Below, in pieces: positions 47,280 through 56,172 of a stretch of 64,000 nt of DNA. Position 1 is the stretch's first letter. Each line of letters opens with the position of its first letter. Both the position numbers and the translations under genes were made by a program. The notes below the pieces were generated by a model that did no database searches, was not told the origin of the DNA, and saw only the letters and a program-made list of their open reading frames with translations. The stretch lies in NCBI GenBank assembly GCA_964410585.1, contig CAYPFW010000001.1:68781-132780 (forward strand), written 5' to 3'. Origin of the DNA: an uncultured archaeon (GTDB taxonomy: Archaea; Aenigmatarchaeota; Aenigmatarchaeia; QMZP01; JACQNV01).

Positions 47280-47558
47280 ATGATCACTCCTGAAAATTTA
47301 GTCAGACACGAACTAATAGGCCTGAAAGTCCTAGTTGAAAAATCAACAAACAAGTTGCAGCAAGGCCTGTCTGGAACAATAGTTGACGAAACAAGGCAAA
47401 CGCTTACCCTCAGAGATTCTGCCGGAGAAAAACAGGTTTTGAAGGATCAGTGTGTTTTTGTTTTTTCTCTTCCTTCTGAAAAAAAAGTCCGGGTTGATGG
47501 AAAAGTACTTGTTTCTAGACCAGAAGATAGGATAAAGAAAAAACTGAGAGTGTGGTAG
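47280..47558 (+). CDS. rnp1: RNase P protein component 1 (Rpp29/Pop4 family)
   Basis: LIGLKVLVEKSTNKLQQGLSGTIVDETRQTLTL matches the p29 barrel motif. Confidence 0.7.
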   Translation: MITPENLVRHELIGLKVLVEKSTNKLQQGLSGTIVDETRQTLTLRDSAGEKQVLKDQCVFVFSLPSEKKVRVDGKVLVSRPEDRIKKKLRVW

Positions 47559-47559
47559 T

Positions 47560-47784
47560 ATGGAAGTGAAAAAGGGAAAATACTTGCATTACAAGGGAAA
47601 AGAATACAAAGTCCTTGGAGTAGCAAAACACAGCGAGACAATGGAAGATCTAGTTGTCTATCAAGCGCTTTATGATTCAAAAGAGTTTGGCAAAAATGCG
47701 CTTTGGGTAAGGCCAAAGAAAATGTTTCTGGAAAATGTTGTTGTGGATGGAAAAGAAGTGCCTAGGTTCAAGATGATCACGTGA
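47560..47784 (+). CDS. DUF1653-like small protein
   Basis: GKYLHYKGKEYKVLGVAKHSETMEDLVVYQALY pattern. Confidence 0.5.
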   Translation: MEVKKGKYLHYKGKEYKVLGVAKHSETMEDLVVYQALYDSKEFGKNALWVRPKKMFLENVVVDGKEVPRFKMIT

Positions 47785-48104
47785 AGAGATTTAAATCTAA
47801 TCATGCTATTCTGCTTATGGGTTACATAGATCAAATTTTTAGACGTCCAGAGGACGATGTATTTGTCGTAGCAGAACCAAGACATGGAATAGCTGGTCTA
47901 CAATATATTGGATCAGTGCCCTATAGACTCGATTTCCCGAATAGAGCTGTAGATAGTGCTCACTATGTTTCTAGAGCTGAATTAAGAAGAGCTCTTGCAG
48001 ATAAACAAATAGAGCTTGAAAGAAGTTTAGCTATAACAGGTGATATACTTGAAAGCCTTGATCCGAGGAAGATGAAAAAGCAAACTGATAGAGCAGAATC
48101 CTAA
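47781..48104 (+). CDS. hypothetical protein (107 aa)
   Basis: ORF track; start overlaps upstream stop. Confidence 0.4.
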   Translation: MKRFKSNHAILLMGYIDQIFRRPEDDVFVVAEPRHGIAGLQYIGSVPYRLDFPNRAVDSAHYVSRAELRRALADKQIELERSLAITGDILESLDPRKMKKQTDRAES

Positions 48105-48150
48105 TTATATTTGAATTATTTATATACTCGGGAGTACCAATTTAGGTATT

Positions 48151-48363
48151 ATGGCAGAACATTCAAAAGGTTGTAGGGCTGCTTTGGCTGTATTTGGCCT
48201 GCTATTTTTGTTAGTGGGTTTGTATGCAGTCATGGGTGACCTTGGATCAGCAACAAAAATGGTTGACAAATGGTCTTTGGTCATCGTCCTTGGAGGCTTA
48301 ATGCTTCTCCTTAAAGGAGCATTTGGCGGAAAATGTGCAGCATGTGGTGGTCAATCAAAATAA
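48151..48363 (+). CDS. small membrane protein (70 aa)
   Basis: Two hydrophobic helices; C-terminal CAACGG. Confidence 0.4.
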   Translation: MAEHSKGCRAALAVFGLLFLLVGLYAVMGDLGSATKMVDKWSLVIVLGGLMLLLKGAFGGKCAACGGQSK

Positions 48364-48391
48364 TTTTGGGCCACTTAATTTTTTCTATTTC

Positions 48392-48844
48392 TTATTTTTC
48401 TTTGTTTAGAATATTCAGAAGATCGACTAAATATCTTATTGTGTATGTTGGTTCCTCCTCCTTTGTTTGAGGAAGAATTTTAGAGTATTTCCCAAATTTG
48501 AACCAAACAGTTTTCATGCCAGCCTTATTTCCAGCTTTTATTTCAGCCTGAATTTTGTCACCAACAACCAACACCTCTTCTGGTTTCAATCCCATTTCAG
48601 CTGCACATTCCAAAAAATGTTTTTTATCCTTGTGCTCGCCTTCAACAACGATTATTTTTGTGAATTTTTTATCCAACCCCTTTTCTTCCAAACTTTCCAA
48701 TCTATGCCCCTCGCCTGTTGTGATTAGGCAAAGTTTGTATTTCTTAGAAAGTTCCTCTAAAAGTCCTGGAACTTCGTCTATTAAGTCCCATTTTTCTGGG
48801 TCAAACAGAGTCCTATTATAATCAAAAATTATTCCTTTAATCAT
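48392..48844 (-). CDS. HAD-superfamily hydrolase
   Basis: N-terminal IIFDYNRTL (DxD-type motif I) and downstream HAD motifs. Confidence 0.7.
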   Translation of the reverse strand: MIKGIIFDYNRTLFDPEKWDLIDEVPGLLEELSKKYKLCLITTGEGHRLESLEEKGLDKKFTKIIVVEGEHKDKKHFLECAAEMGLKPEEVLVVGDKIQAEIKAGNKAGMKTVWFKFGKYSKILPQTKEEEPTYTIRYLVDLLNILNKEK

Positions 48845-48892
48845 GTTCTATGATTGAAACTGCACATTTAAAAACAAAATCCAATTAGAACC

Positions 48893-49183
48893 ATGCCAAC
48901 AAAAGAAGAAGTGATAGAGGTCCTGAAGAAAATAGAAGATCCTGAAATTCATATTGATATCTGGACACTGGAATTGGTGAGGGATATTGTAATTGAAAAT
49001 GAAAGGGTAAAAATTAAAATGACCCTGACAACACCTGCTTGTCCATATGGGCCTGCTTTAATACAAGAAGTTGAAAGCACACTCAAAACCCTTCCAGGTA
49101 TAAATTCAGTTGAAATAGAACTTGTTTTCTCTCCCCCTTGGCAGCCTTCAGATGAAGTAAAGGAAATGTTGGGGCTCACTTAA
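48893..49183 (+). CDS. DUF59/MIP18-family Fe-S cluster assembly protein
   Basis: EEVIEVLKKIEDPEIHIDIWTLELV and TTPACPYG motifs. Confidence 0.65.
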   Translation: MPTKEEVIEVLKKIEDPEIHIDIWTLELVRDIVIENERVKIKMTLTTPACPYGPALIQEVESTLKTLPGINSVEIELVFSPPWQPSDEVKEMLGLT

Positions 49184-49196
49184 GCCTTTATAAACA

Positions 49197-49244
49197 CCAG
49201 CTAGCCTTCTTTTAGAAAAAGAAGGCTACCGTACCCAAGAAAAC
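49197..49244 (+). terminator. conserved 3' hairpin element, copy 5 (after DUF59 gene)
   Basis: AGCTAGCCTTCTTTT-aga-AAAAGAAGGCTA-CCGTACCCAAGAAAAC; followed by TTTATAAATA TATA-like box before rps17. Confidence 0.45.
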
Positions 49245-49290
49245 TATAATTCACATTTATAAATACCTCATTTCTATATACTAAGATAAT

Positions 49291-49611
49291 ATGAAAACAA
49301 ACATAGGCGTTGAAGCCAACCCACCAAAAGAAAAGTGCGAAGATAAGAAATGCCCATGGCATGGCCAGCTTTCTGTTAGAGGCAGGGTCTTCGATGTAGT
49401 GATAAAAAGCACAAAACCAAACAAAACAGCAATTGTCGGCTGGGATTACAATCTATATTTGCAAAAATACGAAAGGTTTGAAAGAAGAAAAAGCAGGTTA
49501 TCTGCATACAATCCTTCTTGTTTGAGGGCAAAGGAAGGCGACAAAGTAAGGATAGCAGAGTGCAAGCCTCTTTCAAAAACAAAAAGCTTCGTAGTTGTTG
49601 GAAAGCTTTGA
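49291..49611 (+). CDS. rps17: ribosomal protein S17 (uS17), archaeal type
   Basis: CEDKKCPWHGQLSVRGRVF N-terminal extension and ECKPLSKTKSFVV core. Confidence 0.85.
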   Translation: MKTNIGVEANPPKEKCEDKKCPWHGQLSVRGRVFDVVIKSTKPNKTAIVGWDYNLYLQKYERFERRKSRLSAYNPSCLRAKEGDKVRIAECKPLSKTKSFVVVGKL

Positions 49612-49716
49612 TAGGAAACTTTTTGCCTTCCTATCAACAAGTTCGTCTGATGTGGAGATGACGAACATTTATAAGATCGGTGATCAATATACCTATTCAA
49701 AAGGTTTAAGCGTCGC

Positions 49717-49798
49717 GGAAGGCGTAAAATTTTTCCGAGCAACAGCGAAGAAAAATTTAGCCTCCTGTTTTGCTTAAGCTTTTGGGACAAAAGCTTAT
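49717..49798 (+). promoter_or_regulatory. conserved leader element, copy D (upstream of rpl14)
   Basis: GGAAGGCGTAAAATTTTTCCGAGC...GCGAAGAAAAATTTAGCCTCCTGTTTTGCTTAAGCTTTTGGGACAAAAGCTTAT then ATG. Confidence 0.6.
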
Positions 49799-50197
49799 AT
49801 GAAGGGACTTTCAGCTAACATCACAAAAGGACTTGGAACAAAATCCATACTCACATGTATAGACAATACAGGTGCAAAAGAATTGGAAATAATATCTGTC
49901 CGAGGATTCAAGGGTAAAAGAAGGACAAAACCAAGAGCAGGCGTCGGTGACCAAGTCACATGCAGAGTGAAAAGGGGAGTTGAAAAAGTCAGGCACGAAA
50001 TGTTCAAAGTTGTGATTGTTAGGCAAACAAAAGAATACAGAAGGTTTGATGGAACAAGAATAAGCTTTGAAGACAATGCAGGTGTAATAATCAATGAAAT
50101 GGGTGAGCCAACAGGAACCCTTTTGAAAGGCCCAATTGCAAAAGAAGCTGTGGAAAGATTCCCAACAGTTGGAAAGTTGGCATCAATAATAATTTGA
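49799..50197 (+). CDS. rpl14: ribosomal protein L14 (uL14)
   Basis: CIDNTGAKELEIISV ... AGVGDQVTCRVK ... GPIAKE motifs. Confidence 0.9.
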   Translation: MKGLSANITKGLGTKSILTCIDNTGAKELEIISVRGFKGKRRTKPRAGVGDQVTCRVKRGVEKVRHEMFKVVIVRQTKEYRRFDGTRISFEDNAGVIINEMGEPTGTLLKGPIAKEAVERFPTVGKLASIII

Positions 50198-50198
50198 T

Positions 50199-50411
50199 AT
50201 GGTCAACGTAACAAGAATAGGTGGATACACAGTAAGAGAAGATAGTGAAGAGATTCATGTTGTGATGCCTTCGGGAAGAGTTGCAGAGATTGATGGTGAT
50301 GATTATCACGCTTTCCGTAACCAAGTATATGCGGCCATGCGATCAGGTGCAACTGTTGCAGTTGATGTGCTTAGTAATTTTTTGAAGGATAGAGGAATTA
50401 GAAATTTATGA
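50199..50411 (+). CDS. small hypothetical protein inserted between rpl14 and rpl24
   Basis: 70-aa ORF, compositionally unlike flanking ribosomal proteins. Confidence 0.4.
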   Translation: MVNVTRIGGYTVREDSEEIHVVMPSGRVAEIDGDDYHAFRNQVYAAMRSGATVAVDVLSNFLKDRGIRNL

Positions 50412-50809
50412 AAACACAGTGGTCAACAAGCTGGATAAGCAGCAAGCAGCCAAGGAAGCAAAGAAAATATAGATACAATGCTCCTCTTCATGTCAGAAGA
50501 AAATTTGTTTCAGCACACTTATCAAAAGTTCTTAGAAAAAGATTCAACAGAAGGGCAGTCCCTTTGAGAAAAGGTGATGAAGTCGAGGTCATGAGAGGAA
50601 ATTTCAGTGGCCAAAAAGGCAAGGTTGAAAGAGTAGATCTTAAACACTCCAAAGTTTATGTTGAAAACATAAAAGTAAAAAAAGTCAACGGCACAGAAGT
50701 TTTAAAACCTTTAGAGCCTTCAAATCTCCTAATAACAAACCTGGTCCTCGAAGACAAAATGAGGAAAAAAGTCTTGGAAAAGAAAATGATCAAAGAGGAG
50801 GCTAAATAA
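50408..50809 (+). CDS. rpl24: ribosomal protein L24 (uL24)
   Basis: KOW motif LRKGDEVEVMRGNFSGQKGKV. Confidence 0.8.
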   Translation: MKTQWSTSWISSKQPRKQRKYRYNAPLHVRRKFVSAHLSKVLRKRFNRRAVPLRKGDEVEVMRGNFSGQKGKVERVDLKHSKVYVENIKVKKVNGTEVLKPLEPSNLLITNLVLEDKMRKKVLEKKMIKEEAK

Positions 50810-51525
50810 TGTACCTAAAAAGATATTCAGCTCCAGAGCAATGGAAGATTGGAAAAAAAGCATACACATGGGTAGTTAAACCATCTCCTGGACCTCATCC
50901 GCTGAAAAAATCTATTCCCCTTCAAATTCTTGTTAGGGACGTTTTCAAATTCGCAGACACGGCAGCAGAAGCAAAAAAAATAATCCATTCTGGAAAAATT
51001 TTAGTTGACAAAAAAGAAAGGAAAGATCCAAAATATCCTGTCGGTTTAATGGATTTGATAGATATACCATCTATCCAAAAATCATATAGAGTTTTCCCAT
51101 CCAAAAAAGGACTTGAGGTTCTCGAAGCTAGCCAAAGTGAAAACGCAAAACTTTGCAGAATAAACGACAAAAGAACATTGAAGAAAAATGTTTTCCAATT
51201 AAATCTTCATGACGGAAGAAATCTTATCACAAGTGAAAACACATACAAGCCAGGCGATTCTATTCTGATTAGTTTACCAGGACAGGAAATTGTAAAACAT
51301 TATTCACTAAAACAGGGCGAACATGCTTATGTTATTTCAGGAAAAAATATTGGATTCAAAGGCTCAATAAAAGAAATAAAACAAAGAAAGTATATGAGAG
51401 AAAGTAGTAAAGTTGTTTTGGAAAAAGACAAAGACAGGATAGAAACTCTGAAAGATTACATTTTGGTTGGTGAGTTAACAGGCGAACAAAAAGTTGAAAA
51501 GAAAAAGAAAAAAGAAAGTGAATAG
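50809..51525 (+). CDS. rps4e: ribosomal protein S4e
   Basis: MYLKRYSAPEQWKIGKKAYTWVVKPSPGPH N-terminus. Confidence 0.85.
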   Translation: MYLKRYSAPEQWKIGKKAYTWVVKPSPGPHPLKKSIPLQILVRDVFKFADTAAEAKKIIHSGKILVDKKERKDPKYPVGLMDLIDIPSIQKSYRVFPSKKGLEVLEASQSENAKLCRINDKRTLKKNVFQLNLHDGRNLITSENTYKPGDSILISLPGQEIVKHYSLKQGEHAYVISGKNIGFKGSIKEIKQRKYMRESSKVVLEKDKDRIETLKDYILVGELTGEQKVEKKKKKESE

Positions 51526-51527
51526 AT

Positions 51528-52043
51528 ATGTTGAGCATGCGAGATGTTAAATTGGAAAAGGTTACGATTAATGTAGGCACAGGAGAACCTGGACCTAAAT
51601 TAGAAAAAGCAAGAAAAATAGTTGAAAAAATAAGTCAAAGAAAGGCAGTTATTACAAAGGCTAAAAAGAGAACAACTTTCGGAACAGTCAAAGGAAAGCA
51701 AATAGGTGTTAAAGTCACATTGAGAGGAAAGCCTGCAGCAGAATTTTTAAAAAGTGCTTTCAAGTCTGTTGGAAACAAGCTAAAGGCTTCACAGTTTGAT
51801 GCTTCAGGAAACTTTTCATTTGGAATAGAGGAATACATAAACATCCCCGGTATAAAATATGATCCGGAAGTTGGTATGATGGGAATGGATGTATGTGTTA
51901 CACTCCAAAGACCTGGATATAGGGTTAAGAAAAGGATGATAAGGCCGGCAAAAATAGGTAAAAATCATTTGCTAAAAAAAGAAGATTCAATTGAATTTGT
52001 AAAAAAACAATTTGGAATACAAATATCTGAGGATCAAAAATAA
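51528..52043 (+). CDS. rpl5: ribosomal protein L5 (uL5)
   Basis: LEKVTINVGTGEPG and conserved L5 core; synteny. Confidence 0.85.
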   Translation: MLSMRDVKLEKVTINVGTGEPGPKLEKARKIVEKISQRKAVITKAKKRTTFGTVKGKQIGVKVTLRGKPAAEFLKSAFKSVGNKLKASQFDASGNFSFGIEEYINIPGIKYDPEVGMMGMDVCVTLQRPGYRVKKRMIRPAKIGKNHLLKKEDSIEFVKKQFGIQISEDQK

Positions 52044-52083
52044 AATCATGGAGGGTCTAGAAATATAAAAAAAGTTTAAGCGT

Positions 52084-52161
52084 GGAAGGCGTAATTTTTT
52101 GCAAGCAACAGCGAAGCAAAAAATAGCCTCCGTTTTTGCTTAAGCTTTTGACTAAAAGCTT
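52084..52161 (+). promoter_or_regulatory. conserved leader element, copy E (upstream of rps14)
   Basis: GGAAGGCGTAATTTTTTGCAAGC...GCGAAGCAAAAAATAGCCTCCGTTTTTGCTTAAGCTTTTGACTAAAAGCTT then ATG. Confidence 0.6.
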
Positions 52162-52383
52162 ATGAGCTTTGAAAATTCATTGAAACAGGTGAAGAATAAA
52201 CCAGAAAAAATGAAAAGGGTACTTAAATTTAGTTCACCCAAAAAAAGAAAATTTGGAAAAAATTCTCATCCCTGCAGAAGATGTGGTAGGACAAGGGGAG
52301 TAATAATGAAGTATGGCTTGCAATATTGCAGGCAATGTTTCAGAGAGCAAGCACAGAGGCTTGGTTTCAACAAATTTTCCTGA
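52162..52383 (+). CDS. rps14: ribosomal protein S14 (uS14, zinc-binding type)
   Basis: CRRCGRTRGVIMKYGLQYCRQCFRE zinc motif. Confidence 0.8.
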   Translation: MSFENSLKQVKNKPEKMKRVLKFSSPKKRKFGKNSHPCRRCGRTRGVIMKYGLQYCRQCFREQAQRLGFNKFS

Positions 52384-52387
52384 TCCT

Positions 52388-52458
52388 AACCTTTTAGGAA
52401 AAGGTTAAGGTTCACCCAAAGAAACTACAGCTGAGTTCAACAAAGCTACCGTACCCAA
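52388..52458 (+). terminator. conserved 3' hairpin element, copy 6 (after rps14), bipartite
   Basis: AACCTTTT-agg-AAAAGGTT then AAGGTTCACCCAAAGAAAC ... AGCTACCGTACCCAAAAATC. Confidence 0.4.
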
Positions 52459-52524
52459 AAATCAAAAATATACAAATTTGGGAACCCAGAGAAACAGTAT
52501 ACAAAATCAATTGACGAGGAAAAT

Positions 52525-52911
52525 ATGCGACATGACCTAATATCAGACGTCTTCACAATATTGAAGAACGCAGAGAATGTTGGAAAGAAAGAATGTGTAG
52601 TCAAAGCTTCAAACTTGACAAAGGACATATTAAAAACAGCACAAAAACACAAATATATAGGTGATTTCGAGTTCATAGATGATGGTAAGGGCGGCCAGTT
52701 CAAAATCCAACTTTTAGGTAGAATAAACAACTGCAATTCGGTTAAGCCAAGATTTTCTGTGAAAAAAGATGAATTCATAAAATATGAGAAAAGATATTTG
52801 CCTGCAGATAAAGTTGGGTTACTTTTTGTAACAACTTCAAAAGGAGTTTTTGATCATCACACAGCTAAAAAAGAAAAAGTTGGCGGCAAACTTTTAGGGT
52901 TTATCTATTAA
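52525..52911 (+). CDS. rps8: ribosomal protein S8 (uS8)
   Basis: MRHDLISDVFTILKNAENVGKKECVV N-terminus. Confidence 0.85.
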   Translation: MRHDLISDVFTILKNAENVGKKECVVKASNLTKDILKTAQKHKYIGDFEFIDDGKGGQFKIQLLGRINNCNSVKPRFSVKKDEFIKYEKRYLPADKVGLLFVTTSKGVFDHHTAKKEKVGGKLLGFIY

Positions 52912-52912
52912 T

Positions 52913-53179
52913 ATGGTATCAGCAAAAAAAGACATAGAAAAAGCGAAGAAGGAGAATAAATTACTTTTAGGAACAAACATAGTTCTGAAAAAACTAAAAG
53001 GCGGCGAGCTGAAAACAGTGATTTACAGTTCAAACTGCCCTGGAGAAACAAAAAAAGATTTAGAGTATTATCACAAATTAAGCAACATAGAGATCCAAGA
53101 ATTTGAGGGGACATCAAAACAACTTGGCGAGGTTTGTGGTAAACCGTTCAATACACTAGTTATTGGCATAAAGAAATAG
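52913..53179 (+). CDS. rpl30e: ribosomal protein L30e
   Basis: LLGTNIVLKKLKGGELKTVIYSSNCPGETKKDLEYY pattern of the L30e/L7Ae fold. Confidence 0.75.
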   Translation: MVSAKKDIEKAKKENKLLLGTNIVLKKLKGGELKTVIYSSNCPGETKKDLEYYHKLSNIEIQEFEGTSKQLGEVCGKPFNTLVIGIKK

Positions 53180-53222
53180 GTATTAATCTCTAAACAGAAA
53201 CCTATATACAGAGAAACAAATT

Positions 53223-53627
53223 ATGACTATTAAGATTTCAACAGAGGACTTTAGAGTTATAAGCACATTTGAAAGAATAACCAAAGTCTATCCAAAAGAC
53301 TGCTTGATAACAGATGATGTGATCTATTTTTTGGTTGAAGGCAAAAAAATAAGCCTAGCTATTGGAAAAGGTGGTTCCACAATAAAGGATGTCAGCAAAC
53401 ATTTGGGCAAGCCTGTGAAACTTTTTGAATATTCTGAAGATCCACAAACATTTATCAAAAATATGATCCCTTCTGCAGAAGAAGTGAAAATAGACAACGG
53501 CAATGTTGACATTTCTGTGCCTTCAAAAGAAAGGTCTGCTGTGATTGGAAGAGAAGGAAAAAACATCAAGGCAATAAAAGAATTTGCAATCCGGCATTTG
53601 GGTGTTTCTAATTTGAGGTTGAAGTAA
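53223..53627 (+). CDS. nusA: archaeal NusA-like KH-domain protein
   Basis: Two KH GXXG motifs (IGKGGSTIKD, IGREGKNIKA); position after rpl30e. Confidence 0.7.
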   Translation: MTIKISTEDFRVISTFERITKVYPKDCLITDDVIYFLVEGKKISLAIGKGGSTIKDVSKHLGKPVKLFEYSEDPQTFIKNMIPSAEEVKIDNGNVDISVPSKERSAVIGREGKNIKAIKEFAIRHLGVSNLRLK

Positions 53628-53664
53628 AAATTCAGTAATATAAGCTCCTTTTTCTAACTATAAT

Positions 53665-56172
53665 ATGGTATTTATAGGTTCTGATAGAGATGTTGACCTA
53701 TACATGCGAGAGGCAAGATCAATACCTCTTCTAACAAAAGAACAGGAGTACAATTTAGCTTGTGTATATAGAGGCGTTGGACCTCTTATAGGATCTAGCA
53801 TTTACCAAAACAAAAATCATCCATTCAGTACCTATAGAAATGGAAAAGCTTATTCTGAAATGTCACCTACAGAAGCAGCTGATTTGATGAGTAGGGGAAA
53901 TAGAAGACTTGTTATTAGTATAGCAAAAAGATATAGAAACCGAGGTTTGGATTTCCTCGATCTTCTTGCAGAAGGTGAAGTTGGCCTTGTTAAAGCTGTG
54001 CAAAAATACGAGCCTCAAAAAGGATTCAAGTTTTCAACATATGCAACTTGGTGGATAAAACAATCGGTAAAAAGAGCACTTGAAAAAACGCGGCAAATTC
54101 ATATACCGATTCATATTTTTGAAATTCTTCCACGTTTTAATGAAGTATATAGAACTCTCCAAAGCGAGTTACAGAGGCCTCCTAGCACAGAAGAGATTGC
54201 ACAAAAAATGGGCTTGAAACCCTCCCAGGTTATTTTGATACAGGATGCAAAGGTAACCAAATCTAGAAAACTTTTAAGTCTAGATAGAATGAAGGGCGAT
54301 GATGAAGATGAAAGCATGTATAAAAGTATAGAGGACAGAACAGCAGATAGACCAGATGATCAAATGAGTCAATTAGACTCGGCAGTTCTGCTCAATACAC
54401 TAATGGACCGCCTAACAGTAAGAGAAAGATATGTTATAGAAAGCCGAAAAGGATTGAACGGAAAAAGTCAAAAAACACTTGAGGAACTTGGATTGGAATT
54501 AGATGTGACAAGGGAAAGAGTAAGACAAATAGAAATCAAGTCAATGGAGAAGCTTAAACAGGCAGCTAAAAGTATTCGTGCTACTAGTGTCATCAAAAGT
54601 AATATTGAAAGCGATAAACAGGTAGCTCAACAAAGCAAAAGACTGAATCGCCCAAATTATCCAGCAGAGAGAACAGAAGTATCTGATTCAAGCTCCTATT
54701 CTGTCTCAGAAATACATGGAATGTGGGGATTTGGATCACATAGTGCAACATCAAGACACATAAGATTAAGCGCTGCAAGAAAGGTGGGTTGGGGAAGATA
54801 CTCAAAAGAAGACATAGATAAGTACACTGCAAGCTTTGGTCTTTTTGGTGAAGAACCGGTTATTAAACAGCAATCTATTTTAGATGAAACAATACCAGTT
54901 GAAGAAAGGGATTGGCTTACATTTGCTGAAATAAAAGAACTGTTTGGCTATCCAAACGCAGAGTCAAACTACAGACACATAAGATTGAGTGGCTCAAGAA
55001 AAGTAGATCACGACAAATACACAAAAGCAGAAATCCTTGCGTACATAGATTGGCACATGAAAGACCTTCTAAATATGCCATTGAAACACGCTGAAACAAT
55101 GACAGATGTGAGACAAGGAATAACTATAGATGAAGTACTTTCTGACCCTCAAATAGCTGATCTTTCTTTTAAAGATATTAGGAAAATTTCAGGGAAATCT
55201 GAAGCAGCTGTATACAATGCAATTAAAGCCAATAATATCCAAAATACAGCAAGAGGCAGATATCCAAAAGAAATTCTTGCAACAATAAGAGAGAGAGATG
55301 AAAGAAGAGTGAAAACCCACACACTACATGACGGCACAAATCACAAAGCAAGAATAGTTTTCGAAAACACAGAAACAGATGACACAACTCCACATGAAAG
55401 AGCAAAAGTGAATAGAAGATCTTATTCTGCGTCAGACGTTTCTAATCTTTTAGATATATCAGTACATGAAGTTCGCCCATTTTCTGTCGCTGTAGGCATA
55501 TCAATATCTGGGCACAGCAAATATTCTAAAAAAGATGTAGATGAATACCTAGCCAAAAGGGAAGAAATACTTGCAATCCCAATGAGAGAAAGAGATGTTT
55601 TGGATATATCTGAAATTTGTGATATGTTTGGTTTTGATACATGGCGATCCACACAAAACCACCTTTATGCAAGCAGGTCTCAGAGGCTCGGAGTTGGCTT
55701 GTTTTCCAAAAGAGAAATTTTAGAATATATAGACATGCACATGCAAGACCTTTTGAACATGCCATTTGTAAAAGCAATGTCACCGGAGACAAAAACTCCT
55801 GAAACGGTTCAACAAATAGAAAGGAAACCTTACAAAAGCCCAGGAATAGAATTAGAATTTAATCCAGGAGAAAATGTACTTCTTCCTAGTTCTGTTAGAG
55901 AATTAACTGGGAGAGATCCTAGCCAACTTCTTAAATATTTGAGATCCCGTGGATTAAGATCAAGAGAATTTAGAATAGGTTGTGTTGCTGAATATTTGGA
56001 TTATATGAGAAAGAAAAAAGAAGTAAAGGAAGAAGCCAAAGACAAATTTTATGGCGGACTTAAAGAGCTTGTCCAAAGGGAAGGCAGAAGACCAGAAAGG
56101 AAGCTTGTAATAAATGTGCAAATAAAAGTTCAGGACATTCACCAAAATTCTGTTGTCGAAGAAGCAGTCTAA
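53665..56172 (+). CDS. sigma-70-family sigma factor domain fused to six tandem HTH-like repeats (835 aa)
   Basis: Region 1.2 [18 protein letters not shown]; region 2 [53 protein letters not shown]; region 4.2 [28 protein letters not shown]; then repeats such as [43 protein letters not shown]. Confidence 0.8.
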   Translation: MVFIGSDRDVDLYMREARSIPLLTKEQEYNLACVYRGVGPLIGSSIYQNKNHPFSTYRNGKAYSEMSPTEAADLMSRGNRRLVISIAKRYRNRGLDFLDLLAEGEVGLVKAVQKYEPQKGFKFSTYATWWIKQSVKRALEKTRQIHIPIHIFEILPRFNEVYRTLQSELQRPPSTEEIAQKMGLKPSQVILIQDAKVTKSRKLLSLDRMKGDDEDESMYKSIEDRTADRPDDQMSQLDSAVLLNTLMDRLTVRERYVIESRKGLNGKSQKTLEELGLELDVTRERVRQIEIKSMEKLKQAAKSIRATSVIKSNIESDKQVAQQSKRLNRPNYPAERTEVSDSSSYSVSEIHGMWGFGSHSATSRHIRLSAARKVGWGRYSKEDIDKYTASFGLFGEEPVIKQQSILDETIPVEERDWLTFAEIKELFGYPNAESNYRHIRLSGSRKVDHDKYTKAEILAYIDWHMKDLLNMPLKHAETMTDVRQGITIDEVLSDPQIADLSFKDIRKISGKSEAAVYNAIKANNIQNTARGRYPKEILATIRERDERRVKTHTLHDGTNHKARIVFENTETDDTTPHERAKVNRRSYSASDVSNLLDISVHEVRPFSVAVGISISGHSKYSKKDVDEYLAKREEILAIPMRERDVLDISEICDMFGFDTWRSTQNHLYASRSQRLGVGLFSKREILEYIDMHMQDLLNMPFVKAMSPETKTPETVQQIERKPYKSPGIELEFNPGENVLLPSSVRELTGRDPSQLLKYLRSRGLRSREFRIGCVAEYLDYMRKKKEVKEEAKDKFYGGLKELVQREGRRPERKLVINVQIKVQDIHQNSVVEEAV

